Source of the DNA: a virus
Taxonomy: Duplodnaviria > Caudoviricetes
IMG/VR virus record: IMGVR_UViG_3300012953_000057
Location: 1-44,300 of that record
DNA length: 44,300 nt
Reading direction: 5' to 3' (one strand)
Shown: in pieces, positions 42,711 through 44,300 of the stretch
How the letters are laid out: every line of letters starts with the position of its first letter
Position numbering within the stretch: the first letter of the stretch is position 1
Notes under the pieces: model-generated
Told to the model about the DNA's origin: nothing
Databases searched by the model: none
Seen by the model: only the letters and a program-made list of their open reading frames with translations
Position numbers and translations under genes: made by a program

Positions 42711-43108
42711 TCCTTTTGATTTTGAGGTTTATAGATCTTAACTTTAGGTAATTTTTTCGAGGCATACATCTTAAAAAGTTTCCAACGTATAGGAAAAGAC
42801 TCATTAGGCCGTCCTTTGCATTCGATGATGAAGTCATCTCCTGTAAAATCAGGTGTATAAGTGACTTTACGTACCGCTTTGCCTCCTCTATCTCTATACT
42901 CTCCTTTAGAGTTTGCTTGTCTTTCATAACATTTATTTTTAAAGTCAAATGAAGGGATCAATTCATAACTAATCCCTTCGTATTTAGCTTTTATTTTAGC
43001 TTCTTTTAGAGCTTTATACATATAAGCTTCAAGTCCTGACTTAAATTCTATTCCATCTACAACTTTTTTCTTAGCTTGTACAGGACCTCGTTTTTTAGTT
43101 CGCGACAT
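42665..43108 (-). CDS. PD-(D/E)XK endonuclease, T7 endonuclease I/Holliday junction resolvase-like
   Basis: FKSGLE...YE...YTPDF....IIECKG motifs. Confidence 0.8.
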   Translation of the reverse strand: MSRTKKRGPVQAKKKVVDGIEFKSGLEAYMYKALKEAKIKAKYEGISYELIPSFDFKNKCYERQANSKGEYRDRGGKAVRKVTYTPDFTGDDFIIECKGRPNESFPIRWKLFKMYASKKLPKVKIYKPQNQKECDETVSLILGNKKT

Positions 43109-43367
43109 CAGTTACATAATAAGGTAAACCTGGGTTACCTATCTCAAGTTCAGATAACTCTTCACGTGCAGCTTGAATATAAAGTATTGCATCCATTAAT
43201 TCTTCTTGTACATCATTTAAGTATGCAGCAAGATCTTTAACGCCAGTCTTGCGTTCGTTGTCTAATGTTTGTCCATATTTTTCATAGCCAACATCTGAGC
43301 GTGATACAAATTTATCTACTACTCTTTCGACTACTGGATCTCTAAATTTAATTTCTTTTTTTGTCAT
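43095..43367 (-). CDS. small all-alpha NTP pyrophosphatase (MazG-superfamily)-like protein
   Basis: RSDVGYEKYGQTL...YLNDVQEELMDAILY with an EE..D acidic helix. Confidence 0.55.
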   Translation of the reverse strand: MTKKEIKFRDPVVERVVDKFVSRSDVGYEKYGQTLDNERKTGVKDLAAYLNDVQEELMDAILYIQAAREELSELEIGNPGLPYYVTDVAN

Positions 43368-43449
43368 TTCTTGTCCATATAAATATTAATAAAAAGCCTA
43401 CAAATTGCACGGCTATTATAGCTGTCATTGTTTGTTGATAATCATTCAT
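43348..43449 (-). CDS. 33-aa single-TM peptide (not in ORF track)
   Basis: MNDYQQTMTAIIAVQFVGFLLIFIWTRNDKKRN* overlaps both neighbours and fills the gap. Confidence 0.5.
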   Translation of the reverse strand: MNDYQQTMTAIIAVQFVGFLLIFIWTRNDKKRN

Positions 43450-44266
43450 CTTTTACGAATGTACCATTTTTCATTCCGCCTTTGCGATCTTTTATTTCAT
43501 TGTAAGCTGAATCAATACAGTGTTCAATTGACACACCACCTAAATGAGCTAGATTAGTTAACACAACAACCATGTCACCTATAGCATCTACAAATTCATC
43601 GCTGTCTTTCTTTAATATAGCTCTACCAAGCTCTCCAGCTTCTTCCATTAATTTGCAGTATTGAGTTTTAGTATCGCCTCCGTGGTATAAACCTCTTTCA
43701 GTTGCCCAATCTCTTATTAATTGAAACCTATCTTTTTCAACCCAAGCATGGCCGTTTTGTTTTTTAACTCTATCTTTTATTTGATTATAAAACAATGTAG
43801 CTTCGTTCTTTGCCTCGTTTAGAAAAGCTTCATAAAAAGATTTGTTGTATATATAAGATCTGTTTTTATTGAACATAGATGTTGAAGCATTTTTCATTAT
43901 CCAATCAACTGTTTCTTTAGTTAATTCAAATGTTCCATGCATTGTTTCCCATGTTTTACCTAACTCATCCATTAATCTACCTTTTAGTTTATTTAATGGA
44001 ACTGGAAATGTACTGGTTTGTTCGGTTGCGTTTATCTTCATTTTAAATAATTTTTTATATGGTTTAAGGTCTACTTTATAGCCGTAAGACTTTTGAAGTT
44101 CTAACTCGCGGCTTGATATATAATCGATATCTGTGCTTTGATCTAGAACTTCATACTCGTCTGGGTTGTAACCTTGTTGTTGTGTAACCCTGTTATTAAG
44201 ATCACGTGTAACGCCGATCTTTTTACCCGGGATGTGGTATAAATAATATGTTATTTCTTTATCCAT
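43442..44266 (-). CDS. GIY-YIG-like N-terminal domain fused to a MazG-like NTP pyrophosphohydrolase
   Basis: N-terminus YYLYHIPGKKIGVT.DL..RV...E..LQ; C-terminus IRDWATERGL...KLMEEAGEL..AI...DEFVDAIGDMVVVL...C...AY.EI..RKG.M..GTFVK. Confidence 0.8.
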   Translation of the reverse strand: MDKEITYYLYHIPGKKIGVTRDLNNRVTQQQGYNPDEYEVLDQSTDIDYISSRELELQKSYGYKVDLKPYKKLFKMKINATEQTSTFPVPLNKLKGRLMDELGKTWETMHGTFELTKETVDWIMKNASTSMFNKNRSYIYNKSFYEAFLNEAKNEATLFYNQIKDRVKKQNGHAWVEKDRFQLIRDWATERGLYHGGDTKTQYCKLMEEAGELGRAILKKDSDEFVDAIGDMVVVLTNLAHLGGVSIEHCIDSAYNEIKDRKGGMKNGTFVKDE

Positions 44267-44300
44267 ATTCCTCCCATTTGCTTTGTAGCAGAGAACTAGA

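Noticed and set aside
1-44300. Stop-codon reassignment (TAG/TGA) as in some crAss-like phages
   Set aside because: Genes tile the window densely and are full-length under the standard code, and TAG and TGA both end plausible genes.
44259-44300. 3' end of an upstream - strand gene (...SSSLLQSKWEEYG*)
   Set aside because: Too short to assign a frame or product with confidence.

Overview
This is an AT-rich segment of a lytic dsDNA podovirus genome, most likely infecting Bacteroidota (Flavobacteria). Its architecture resembles the crAss-like phages and their marine Flavobacteria-infecting relatives. The + strand (1-39566) is a late/virion arm. It carries a 5'-truncated amidase endolysin, small basic or Cys/His-rich ORFs, a holin, a putative head-spike/fibre module, a tandem GroES-like protein, TerS/TerL, portal, scaffold, major capsid, tail ring proteins and a two-ORF tail stabilisation (muzzle) module. 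It then continues with ejection proteins, including a 3604-aa multidomain protein, and a second cluster of small basic ORFs. The - strand (39866-44300) is a nucleotide-metabolism arm: class II ribonucleotide reductase, TonB, a T7 endonuclease I-like nuclease and two MazG-like proteins, one fused to a GIY-YIG-like domain. The arms converge on a ~300-bp spacer packed with eight hairpins. The most interesting candidate system is the giant protein. It sits where crAss-like phages encode their virion RNA polymerase, but it shows a zincin HExxH motif, a sigma-70 region-2-like segment and a HAD phosphatase separated by a recurring KS(A/S) linker, which suggests an injected, possibly self-processed polyprotein. 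All family assignments come from motif recognition and gene order by eye; no database searches were run.
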